A DNA stretch of 64,000 bases from Thermoplasmata archaeon. GTDB taxonomy: Archaea; Thermoplasmatota; Thermoplasmata; Lutacidiplasmatales; UBA184. The DNA lies in NCBI GenBank assembly GCA_021802125.1, contig JAKAAX010000007.1, forward strand, positions 8,983 to 72,982, read 5' to 3'. The notes under the pieces were generated by a model that saw only the letters and a list, made by a program, of their open reading frames with translations, had not been told where the DNA came from and made no database searches. Within the stretch, counting starts at the first letter, position 1; each line of letters starts with the position of its first letter. Below are positions 1-12,000 of the stretch, in pieces. A program made the translations under genes and the position numbers.

Positions 1-3000
1 GTCCCGCCGGAGGAGGTTGCCGTCAGCACGACGGTCCATCCCACGTGGGTGCTCGTGGTGTTGGCGGCGAGCGCCACGCTCGGAGGAGCGTTCACGGTCA
101 GGGTCTCGACCGCCGTGGTCGACCTCCCCGAGAGGGAGTCCGTCACCGTCACCTGGACCGCGTAGGTGCCGGCGGAGGTGGCGTCGAACGGGTAGGAGAG
201 CGCGCTCGCGCCTGGGGCGGTCCAGGTCGCACCGTTGAGCGTCCAGGCGAGCGTGTAGGGCGAGAGGCCCCCGGAGACGGAGACGTTGAACCAGGCGCTC
301 ATCCCCAGGTCCACCGTGGCCTGGGACAGCGCGAGGGAGGCCGAGAGGGGAGCGGCGACCACGACGGGGACGGAGGCGGAGCGCGCCACGTGGCCCAGCG
401 CATCCATCACGGTCACGTTCACCGTGTAGGTCCCCGGCGTGGAGCTCGAGAAGGAGAAGGAGGACCCTGTGGCCCCCGACTGCACCGCGCCGTTCACGAA
501 CCAGAGGTACGTCGCGGGCGGGGCACCTCCGTAGGAGGTGGCCGTGAAGGGAAGCGAAGCCCCCGGGGCGACCGAGGAGGGAGCGGAGGGGGAGATCGCC
601 ACCGAGATCGAGGGGTAGACCGTGGCGGAGACGTTCACCCAGAGGATCCCGGAGTGCGAGTCGGCCACGCGGACGGTCAGGCGGTCGGAGCCCGGGCCCG
701 TCGGGACGAACGTGTAGGAGGCGGAGGTGGCCCCGGCGATCGGGGTGAGGTTCAGGTACCACTGGTAGGTGTACGGAGCGATCCCTCCGGCCGCGGTGAC
801 CGTGAAAGGCTGCGACATCCCCATGTCCAGGATCACCGCCAGGGGGCTGGCGGATGCGACCAGGGCGGGGAGGGCGACCACCGTGGCGTTGCTCCAGGCC
901 GTGAGAGGACCGGTCGCACCATCCGTCGCGGAGAACCCGACCTGGTAGGTCCCTCCCCGGGCCGGCACGAACCGGTACCCGGTGCAGCTGGTGGCGCCGG
1001 CGATCGCGGAGCCGTTCTGGTACCACTGGCAGGTGTCCGGGCTCGAGCCACCGGTGATCGTGGGCGTGAGCGTCGCAGACTGCCCCGCGTCGATGTTGGA
1101 AGTGGTGGGGCTCACCGAGGCCGTCGGGTCGATGGAGACGACGATCGTGACCGGAGCGGAGGAGCTCCTCCCGCCCAGGCTGTCCACGATCGTCGCGTTG
1201 ATGGTCAGGGTGAGGGCGCTGGTGGCCGCGTAGGCGGTCCCCAGGCAGTTCGAGCCAGCCTGCTGGACCCCGTTCACGTAGTACGTGCACGTGAATCCCG
1301 GCGTTCCCCCCGCGACCGTCCCCGTGACGTTGGCCGTCTCCCCGACGTCCACCTGGGGGGTCCCGCGGGTGAGCGTGAGCGTGGGCAAGGGGTTCACCGT
1401 GACCAGGTCCCACCCCGAGGGCGCTGCCGCGGCGGGGGTCCCGACGCTCGCGTCCCCGGCCACGTAGCAGTAGTACGTGCTGGCGGAGGGGGTCACCGTG
1501 ACCGTGAGCGAGCTCCCCGACAACGTCCCCGAGCTGCACGCCCCGGAGCTGGAGGAGGAAGCGAACCACTGGTAGGTGTAGGCCGGCGTCCCGCCCGACG
1601 CGCTTGCCGTGAGGGTGACCGACTGACCGCTGTCGATGGTCGGGAGCGTGGGCGTGACCGCCCCGGCGACGAGCGCGGGATCCACCGTCACGAGGTTCCA
1701 CGGCGAGGAGGCGTTCGTGGCGGGCGTCCCCAGGCTCGCGTCGGTCGCCACGTAGCAGTAGTAGGTGCTCGCCGCCGGCGAGGACGAGATGGTCGCCGAC
1801 GTCCCGGCCGCCGTCCCCGACCAGCAGGACCCGGTGCCCGAGGTGGAGGAGTACCACTGCTCGGCGTAGGGAGATGTTCCTCCCGTCGGGCTAGCCGTGA
1901 GCGAGATCGACTGGCCCGCATCGATGACCGGGGCCGAGGGGGTCGCTCCCCCGGCCGTCAGCGCCGGGTCCACGGTCAGAAGGTCCCATGTCGAGGAGGC
2001 CGAGGCGGCCGGGGATCCCACGCTCGAGTCTCCCACCACGTAGCAGTAGTAGGTCGAGGAGGCCGGGGACGCGGCGAAGGTCGAGGTCGACGGACCCGCG
2101 GTCCCGGAGGAGCAGGCGCCCGTGCCGGTGGACGAGGAGTACCAATGGTCGGTGTAGGGAGCCGTTCCGCTGGAGGGGTTCGCCGTCAGCGTCAGGGACT
2201 GGCCCACATCGATCGCGGGCGCCGTGGGCGTCACCGCTCCCGCCACCAGCGCCGCGTTCACCGTCACCAGGACCCAGCCGGAGGACGCGCTCGCCACGGG
2301 GGTCCCCTGGCTCGAGTCTCCCACCACGTAGCAGTAGTACGTGTTCGCCGCAGGAGTTGGGGCGAAGGTCGCGCCCGTGCCTCCCGCGGTCCCCGTCGAG
2401 CACGCGCCGGAGCTCGAGGAGGAGGAGTACCACTGGTAGGTGTAGGCGGGAGTTCCCGCCGACGGGTTCGCCGTGAGGGTGATCGTCTGGCCGACGTCGA
2501 TGACCGGGGTGGCGGGGGTGGCCGAGCCCGCGACGAGCGCGGGGTTCACCGTCACGAGGTCCCACGCCGACGACTGGGTCGCCCCGGTGTTGTCCCTCAC
2601 CTGGTAGCAGTAGTACGTGCTCGCGCTCGGCTTCACCGTGGTCGGCGACCCCGTCGCTCCCGCCGTCCCTGCGGTACAGATCCCGGTGTTGCTCGACGAG
2701 CTGAACCAGGAGTAGGTGTAGGGCGCGGTGCCGCCCGACGGGTTCGCCCCCAGAGAGATCGACTGCCCGAGGTCGATGGCGGGGCTGGCGGGTGAGACCA
2801 AGCCTCCCACCAGCGGCTCGTTCACCGTCACCAGGTCCCATGCCGAATACCCCAGGGCCGCGGGGGTCCCCTGGCTCGCGTCGCCCACGGCGTAGCAGTA
2901 GTACGTGTTCACGGTGGGCGAGCTCGTGTAGGACGCGGTGGTCGCCCCCGCGGTCCCCGACGCGCACGTTCCCGTGTTGAGCAGGGAGTAGTACCACTGG

Positions 3001-6000
3001 TACGTGTACGCGGGCGTGCCCCCGGAGGGGTTCGCGGTGAGGGTCACCGACTGCCCCGAGTTGATCGTGGGCGAGTTCGGGGTCGCCGAGCCCGCGACGA
3101 GCGCGGGGTCGACGGTCACCAGGGTCCACGACGACGAGGCGCTCGCCGCCGGGCTCCCGACGCTCGAGTCTCCCACCACGTAGCAGTAGTAGGTGTTCGA
3201 GGCGGGTGAGGCCCCGTCCGTCGAGGTCGTAGGGCCCGGGGTCCCGGACGCGCACGTCCCGGTGTTCGAGGAGGAGGAGTACCACTGGTAGGTGTAGGCG
3301 GGAGTCCCCGCCGACGGGTTCGCTGTGAGGGTGATCGTCTGGCCGACATCGATGACCGGGGTGGCGGGAGTGGCCGAGCCCGCGACGAGCTTGGGATGGA
3401 CCGTCACCAGGTCCCACGCGGAGGAGGAGATCGCCGCGGGAGTTCCCTGGCTCGAATCGCTCGCCACGTAGCAGTAGTAGGTCGTGGCGGTGGGGGAGAT
3501 CGCGTAGGTGGTCGAGGATGGCCCCGCCGTCCCCGACGAACAGGCGCCGCTGTTCGAGGTGGAGAAGTACCACTGGACCGAGTACGGCGCCGTTCCACCG
3601 GAGGGAGCGGAGGTGAGCGTGATGGACTGGCCGCTGTCGATCGCCGGTGCCGGGGGAGACACCGCCCCCGCGGCCAGAGCGGGGTCCACCGTCACGAGGG
3701 ACCAAGCGGTGGAGGAGCTTGCCGCCGGGCTGCCTTGGGCGCTGTCGCCCACGACATAGCAGTAGTAGATGTTGGAGGTGGGCGAGGGCGCGACAGTGGC
3801 CGTGCCGCCGACGCTCGTTCCGGAGCTGCACGCCCCGCTCCCGGTGGTCGAGGAGTACCACAGGTAGGTGTAGGCCGGCGTCCCGCCGGACGGGTTCGAC
3901 GCGAGCGTGATCGACTGGCCACTGTCGATGACCGGAGCCGAGGGCGAGACCGCCCCCGCCGCCAGCGCCACGTTCACCGTCACGGTGTCCACGACGGAGC
4001 ACTTGCTCACGGGGGAGTAGGCGCTGTCGGTCACCCGGTAGGAGTAGGAGGTGGTGGAGCCCGGAGAGACGGAGAGCGTCGCGAACGTCGCCCCTGAGAC
4101 CGACGTGCCGCACGCCGTCCCCGTGAACCACTGGTAGGAGTAGGGGGAAGTCCCGCTGGAGGGGTTCGCCGTCAACGTCAGGGACTGCCCCACGTCGATG
4201 GACGGAGCCGAGGGCGAGACCGGCCCCGCCACCAGCGCGCCGTTCACCGTCACCAGGTCCCATCCGGACGACGCGCTCGCCGCGGGAGTTCCCTGGCTCG
4301 AGTCACCCACCACGTAGCAGTAGTACGCGTTCGCCGCCGGAGTTGTCGCGAAGGTCGAGCTCGTTCCCCCAGGGGTTCCCGTCGAGCACGCCCCGCTGCT
4401 GGAGGCGGAAGAGTACCACTGGTAGGTGTAGGGGGACGTCCCCGCCGACGGGTTCGCCGTGAGCGTGATCGACTGGCCGGCGTCGATCTTCGGCGTCGCC
4501 GGTGACACCGCTCCCGCCGCCAGCGCCGCGTTCACCGTCACCAGGTCCCACGCCGACGTCTGGATCGCCCCGGTGTTGTCCGTCACCTGGTAGCAGTAGT
4601 ACATGTTCGCGGTCGGCGTCACCGTGGTCGGCGACCCCGTCCCTCCCGGCGTCCCCGCCGTGCAGGCCCCGCTGCTGCTGGTCGAGCTGTACCAGATGTA
4701 CGTGTAGGGCGCCGTTCCGCCGGACGGGTTGGCTCCCAGCGAGATCGACTGCCCCGCATCGATGAAGGGGTTGGCGGGCGAGACCGAGCCTCCCACGAGC
4801 GGTCCGTTCACCGTCACCAGGTCCCACGTGGAATACCCCAGGGCCGCGGGGCTCCCCTGGCTCGCGTCCCGCACCGCGTAGCAGTAGTACGTGTTGGCCG
4901 ACGGGTAGCTCGTGTACGTCGAGGTCGTCGGGCCCGCCGTCCCCGACGCGCACGTCCCGGTGTTCAGAGGGGAGGAGTACCACTGGTACGTGTACGCCGT
5001 CGTCCCTCCGGAGGGGTTCGCCGTGAGGGTCACCGCCTGACCGGCGTTGATGATGGGGGAGTTCGGGGTGGCCGAGCCCGGCACCAGCGCGGGGTTCACC
5101 GTGACCAGGTCCCACGACGTCATCGCGCTCGCCGCCGGGGTCCCCACGCTCGAGTCTCCGACCACGTAGCAGTAGTAGGTGTTCGAGGACGGCGCGGGCA
5201 GGTAGGTCGCGCTCGTCCCTGCGACAGAGCCCGAGGTGCAGAGGCCCGTGTTCACGCTGGAGGAGTACCATTGGTACGTGTAGGCCGCCGTGCCGCTCGA
5301 CGGGTTCGCGGTGAGGGTGATCTGCTGACCGTTGTCGATGATCGGCGTGGTGGGGCTGACCGCTCCGGGCACGAGCGCGGGATTCACGGTGACCAGGTCC
5401 CAGCCGGACACCGCGCTCGCCGCGGGAGTTCCCTGGCTCGAGTCACCCACCACGTAGCAATAGTACAGCGTGGAGGTGGGAGAGACGCTCACGGTGGCGG
5501 TGGTGCCTCCCGGGGTCCCGGCGGAGCAGGATCCCCCGTTGGAGGCGGAGGAGTACCAATGGTAGGTGTAGGTCGGGCTCCCTCCCGACGGGTTCGCGGT
5601 GAGCGAGATGGACTGACCGTTGTCGATGGCGGGAGCGGCGGGGGTGGCCGACCCAGGCGCCAGCGCAGGGTTCACCGTCACCAGGGCCCAGGTCGACGAG
5701 GTCCCCGCCGCGGGGGTCCCACTGCTGCTGTCGGTCAGATGGTAGCAGTAGTACGTGTTCGCGGTGGGCGAGACCACGAAGGTCGCCGTCGCCGGCCCGC
5801 TGGTGCCCGCCGTGCAGATGCCCGTGCCCGCGCTCGCGGAGTACCACTGGTAGTGGTACGCCGGAGTTCCTCCCGAGGGAGCCGAGCTGAGGGTGATCGA
5901 CTGGCCGTTGTCGAGCGTCGGCGCTCCCGGGCTCACCGTGCCCGCGACGAGCGGGACGTTGACCGTCACGAGGTCCCAGGCGGAACTGAGACTTGCGGCG

Positions 6001-9000
6001 GGCGTGCCGCTGCTGCTGTCGGTCAGATGGTAGCAGTAGTACGTGGCGGCGGCCGGGGTGACCGCGAAGGTCGCGGTCGTAGGTCCGGCGGTCCCGGCGG
6101 CGCAGAGCCCGGTGTTGGAGGAGGAAGAGTACCACTGGTACGAGTAGGGAGCGGTGCCTCCCGACGGGTTGGCCGTGAGTGTGATGGACTGGCCGGAGTC
6201 GATGCTGGGGGCTGAGGGAGAGACCGTGCCCACGTTGAGCGCCGGGTTCACCGTGACCAGGCTCCAGGCGGAGACCTGGCTTGCGGCAGGGGTTCCCACG
6301 CTGCTGTCCCCGACGTGGTAGCAGTAGTACGTGTTCGCCGTGGGGGACACGGTGATCGTCGCGGTCGTTGCCCCGACGGTCCCCAGCGTGCACGTTCCGG
6401 AGTTCGAGGAGGAAGAGTACCACTGGTAGGCGTAGGGAACGGTCCCCCCGGAGGGGTTCGCGCTAAGGGTGATGGACTGTCCGCTGTCGATGGTGGCCGC
6501 CGCCGGACCGACCGAGCCGGGGTTGAGGGCAGGGTTCACGGTCACCAGGACCGCGGTCGAGTACGCGACCGCCGCCGGGGTTCCCGCGCTCGCGTCCCCG
6601 TACTGGACACAGTAGTACGTGTTGCCGGTGGGAGCGGGGGAGTAGGTGGACGAGGTCTGACCGGTCACGACGGCGTCGCTCGTGCAGGTGGTCGACGTCC
6701 CGGACCTCCACTGGTAGGTGTAGGTCGGCGTTCCGCCGGTGGGAGCCGAGGAGGAGAGCACGACCGACTGCCCGGTGTCGATCGTCGGCGAGGCGGGGGT
6801 GACCGACCCGGCCGCGAGCGCGGAGTTCACGGTCACCAACACCACGTTCGAGTACGCCACTGCCGCCGGAGCGCCCACGCTCGAGTCCCCGTACTGGACA
6901 CAGTAGTCCGTGGTCGCGGTCGGCGAAGGGGAGTACGTCGTGGTGGTCGCCGAGGGCACCAGCGTGTCGCTCGAGCAGGTGGTGGACGTTCCCGCCCGCC
7001 ACGTGTAGGTGTAGGTGGGAGTGCCGCTCGTGGGGGCGGAGGACGAGAGCGTAATCGTCTGCCCCGTATCGATCGTGGCGGAGCTCGGCGACACCACGCC
7101 CGCCACGAGGGCGCCGTTCACCGTGACCAGCTGCCAGGCGGAAGCCCCTCCCGCGGCAGGGCTCCCCACGCTGCTGTCCCCGACGTGGTAGCAGTAGTAG
7201 ATGGTCGCCGTGGGGGAGACCGTGAGGGAAGAGCTCGTCCCAGCGGCCGTCCCTGCGGTGCACGATCCGCTGCTCGAGCTCGAGGAGTACCACTGGTAAG
7301 TGTACGGTGTCGTTCCTCCCGAGGGGTTCGCGGTCAACACCAGGGACTGGCCGCTGTCGATCGTCACGGTGGAGGGCGACACCGAGCCCGGCACCAGCGC
7401 GGGGTTCACGGTCACCGACACGACGTTCGAGTACACCACCGCCGCCGGAGTACCCACGCTCGAGTCCCCGTACTGGACGCAGTAGTCTGCCGCTACGGTC
7501 GGGGAGGGAGAGTACGTGGAGGTGGTCTGCCCGGAGACCACCGCGTCGTTCGTGCAGGTGGTCGACGTCCCGGCCCTCCACGCATAGGTGTAGGAGGGAG
7601 TGCCGCCCGTGGGCGCAGAAGAGGTGAGGGCGATCGACTGCCCGGTGTCGATCGTCGCCGAGGAGGGCGTCACCGTCCCCGCCACCAGAGCGGAGTTCAC
7701 GGTCACCGACACGACGTTGGAGTAGGCGATCGCCGCGGGAGTTCCCACGCTGGAGTCACCGTACTGGACGCAGTAGTCCGTCGCCACGGTCGGGGACGGA
7801 GCGTAGGTCGAGGTGGTCTGCCCGGCGACCACCGTGTCGCTCGAGCACGTGGTGGACGCGCCCGAGCGCCACTCGTAGGAGTACGCGAGGGTCCCTCCCG
7901 TGGGAGCGGAGGAGGTCAGGGTGACCGTCTGCCCGGTGTCGATCGCGGCCGAGGAGGGGGTGACCGCACCGGCGACAAGCGCCGCGTTGACCGTGACCAG
8001 TACCACGTTCGAGTAAGCGACCGCGACCGGTGTCCCCTGGCTCGCGTCCCCGTACTGGACGCAGTAGTAGGTGGTCGAGGTCGGGGACGGGGAGTAGACG
8101 GAGGTCGTCTGCCCGGAGACCGCCGTGTCGCTCGAGCACGTGGCCGACGCGCCCGCCCGCCACGCGTAGGTGTACGTCGGGGTCCCGCCGCTGGGCGAGG
8201 TCGAAGAGAGCGCGATCATCTGCCCCGTATCGATGCTCGCCGAGGCAGGGGACACCGTCCCCGCGACCAGCGCGGGGTTCACGGTCACCAGCACCACGTT
8301 CGAGTAGGCCACCGCCGGGGGAGTTCCCACGCTCGAGTCCCCGTACTGCGCACAGTAGTACGTGCTGGCGGTCGGGGACACGAGGTAGGTCGCGCTGGTC
8401 TGCCCGGAGACCACCGTGTCGCTCGTGCACGTGGCGGACGTCCCCGACCGCCAGGCGTAGGTGTAGGTCGAGGTCCCGCCGCTGGGCGCCGTCGAGGAGA
8501 GCGTGATCGTCTGGCCGGAGTCGATCGTCGCCGAGGAAGGGGTCACCGTTCCCGCCGCGAGCGCGGAGTTCACGGTCACCAGCACCACGTTCGAGTACGC
8601 GACTGCGGTGGGAGTTCCCACGCTCGAGTCCCCGAACTGGACACAGTAGTACGTCGCAACGGTGGGGGACGGGGAGTAGGTCGAGGTGGTCTGGCCCGAC
8701 ACCGCCGTGTCCACCGTGCACGTGGCCGACGTCCCGGACCGCCACTGGTAGGTGTAGGAGAGAGTGCCGCCCGTCGGCGCGGAAGAGGTGAGGGCGATCA
8801 ACTGCCCGGTATCGATCGTCGGCGAGGCGGGGGTGACCGAACCGGCCACCAGCGCGGGGTTCACGGTCACCAACACCACGTTGGAGTAGACCACCGCCGC
8901 GGGCGTTCCCTGGCTCGCGTCGCCGTACTGGACACAGTAGTAGGTGTTCGCCGTGGGGGCGGGCAGGTAGCTGGTGGAGGTCTGTCCCGAGACCACCGCG

Positions 9001-12000
9001 TCGCTCGCACAGGTGGTGGACGTCCCGGCCCGCCACGCGTAGGTGTAGGAGGGAGTGCCGCCCGTCGGGGCCGAAGAGGAGAGGGAGATCGACTGCCCGT
9101 TGTCGATCGCGGCGGAGGAGGGGGTGACCGCGCCGGCGACCAGCACCGTGTTGACGGTCACCTGTACCACGTTCGAGTAGGCGACCGCGGTCGGGGTCCC
9201 CAAGCTCGCGTCCCCGTACTGGACGCAGTAGTACGTGGTCGTGGTGGGGGACGGGGTGTAGGTCGAGGCGGTCGACCCGGAGACCGCGGTGTCGCTCGTG
9301 CACGTGGCCGACGCCCCGGACCGCCACTGGTAGTTGTAGGAGGGAGTGCCGCCCGTCGGAGCGGCAGAGGTGAGGAGGATCGACTGTCCGCTGTCGATCG
9401 TCGCCGAGGAGGGCGTGACCGTCCCCGCCACCAGAGCGGAGTTCACGGTCACGAGCACCACGTTGGAGTACACCACCGCCGTGGGAGTTCCCACGCTGGA
9501 GTCACCGTACTGGACGCAGTAGTCCGTCGCCGCCGTCGGGGAGATGGTGTAGGTCGTGGTGGTCTGCCCCGAGACCAGAGCGTCGCTCGCGCACGTGGAG
9601 GAGGTCCCCGAGCGCCACGCGTAGGTGTAGGAGGGTGTGCCGCCCGTGGGGGCCGCAGAGGTGAGGGTGATCGATTGCCCGGTGTCGATGGCCGGCGAGG
9701 CGGGGGTGACCGAACCGGCCACCAGGGTCGGGTTCACCGTCACCAGTACCACGTTCGAGTAGGCGACCGCCGCGGGAGTTCCCGAGCTTGAATCCCCGTA
9801 CTGAACGCAGTAGTACGTGCTAACGGTCGGGGATACCGCGTAGGTCGAACTGGTCTGACCGGAGACAGCCGTATCCCCCGTGCACGTGGCGGACGCCCCC
9901 GACCGCCACGCATAGGTGTACGTCGGGGTTCCGCCGCTGGGCGCCGTCGAGGAGAGCGTGATGGTCTGGCCGTAGTCGATCGTTGCCGAGGAGGGCGTGA
10001 CCGTCCCTGCGACCAGAGCGGAGTTCACGGTCACCGTCACGACGTTGGAGTACGCCACCGCCGTCGGGGTTCCCGCGCTCGCGTCCCCGTACTGGACGCA
10101 ATAGTCCGTGGTCACGGTCGGGGCCGGAGTGTAGGTCGAGGTGGTCTGCCCGGCGACCGCCGTGTCACTCGCGCACGTGGAGGAGGTTCCCGACCGCCAC
10201 GCGTAGGTGTACGTCGGGGTCCCGCCGCTGGGCGAGGTCGAGGTGAGCAGGATCGACTGACCGCTGTCGATCGTCGCCGAACTGGGCGACACCGCGCCCG
10301 CGGCGAGGGCGCTGTTCACCGTGACCGTGTCACCGGCGGAGCATTTGTAGTTCGGAGACCCCAGGCTCGTATCGGTGACCTTGTACGAGTACGTGGTCGT
10401 CGCCGTAGGGTTGGCCGCGTAGGTCGACGCGGTCGCCGAGGCGATGGCCGTGTTGCACGCGGATCCGGTGTACCACTGGTACGTGTAGACGGCCGTGCCG
10501 CCGCTGGCCGCGGAGACGAGCGTGATCGTCTGACCGTTGTCGATGGTCGGGGAGGCGGGGGTGATCGCCCCGGCCACCAGTGCGGAGTCCACCGTCAGGG
10601 TGGGCATGGTGACCTTCGCGGTGAAGCCCCAACCGTCGGTCAGCGTCAGGACGATCGCGCTGAAGGTCCCCGTGCCCGACGAGCTCGGAGCGCAGGTGAG
10701 GGGATCGGCGTTGCTCGAGGCGCATCCCGCGGGAAGTCCGGCCCAGGAGTAGGAGTACGCGGCGATGCCCGCGTTCGCCGTGGCGCTCAGGCTCGTCTGC
10801 TCGCCCACGTCGATCAGCGTGGGAGTTGTCGCGGCCGCCGTGAGGTAGGGTCCGTCCAAGCCGATGTACTCGCTCTGCGCGGTGGTCTGGGTCGTGGTGT
10901 AGACAATGTCGTCGCGCCAGGGGGGCACGGCGGACGCCGGGAGGTACGTGGCCATCCCAGGCTCGTAGCCGCCCAGGGCGGCCGTCTGGATCGTCCCCCA
11001 GGCACCCCCCGGTGTCGTCGCCGCGGTCACCACGAGAAGGGCGGAGGGGTTCTGCCATGCCACGAAGGGCGCGGCACCGGCGCCCTCCACCGTGATCGCG
11101 GAGAGCCCGGCGCCCGTGACGCTCCCGTCCGGAGAGGGCCCGGTGGTGGGAGCACTAGCGAAATCGTTCGTGGAATAGGCGTACTGGATGTCGAAGCTGG
11201 TGGGCGTGGTGGTCGTGTCCAGGATGTAGGTGAGCGCGACGTTGGTGCCGGAAGGGGCGTAGGCGATGTCCCCCTCGACCGCCTCGATCGGTACGGAGTT
11301 GTAGGTGGTGCTGAACGCATGCGTCGCCACCACCATCGGGCCGTATGTGATGGCGGAGAAGTCCGTGGTGCTGACGATGACGTCCTGGTACCAGTTGGCA
11401 GGTGTGGCATCCGAAACCCCGAGGGAGACCGCGCAGGAGGCGACCGCGAGGCTGCACTCCAGAGATTCCGCCCCCACGTAGTAGCAGTTGGCGGTGGCAC
11501 AACCTCCGACCTGGGTGAGGGTGTACCCGTAGGTCGCCTTGAACGTCGTGCCGCTCGTCCAGACGTCGAACATGAATCCGAAGTTCGCGCAGGTCGACGA
11601 GGGATAGTCCCCCCAGGCGCCCACGAGGAGGTTCCCGGCGTTGTCGAAGGCCGCAACCGGGGCGACAATACCGAAATTGGCGCCGAACCCGGCCCACAGC
11701 GTACCCACGCTGCACATCGTGCCGTACGCCGTGTCCCCGGTCGCCGCGCTCCAGCTCCCGGTCGTGGCCGACCCACCGTAGTTGGTCGCGCACGTGTGGT
11801 AGTAGTCCCCGTAATTCACCGTCGTGACGGAACTGATCGCCAGGTAGACGATGCAAACGTCGCTCGCTGTCGGCGTTGCGACGATGGTCGGACTGACCAG
11901 CTCGCACGTGCCGCTCCCCCCGCCCGTCGTGCAGTAGGTCCCGGTGTAGGCCGCGGCGATGTACTGGACCGTGAAGCTGGTCCCGCCGTTGAGGCTCTTC

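Noticed and set aside
1395..10590. CRISPR array or DGR interpretation of the periodic repeats
   Set aside because: Units are about 290 bp, codon-preserving and diverged, with no spacers, cas genes or reverse transcriptase.
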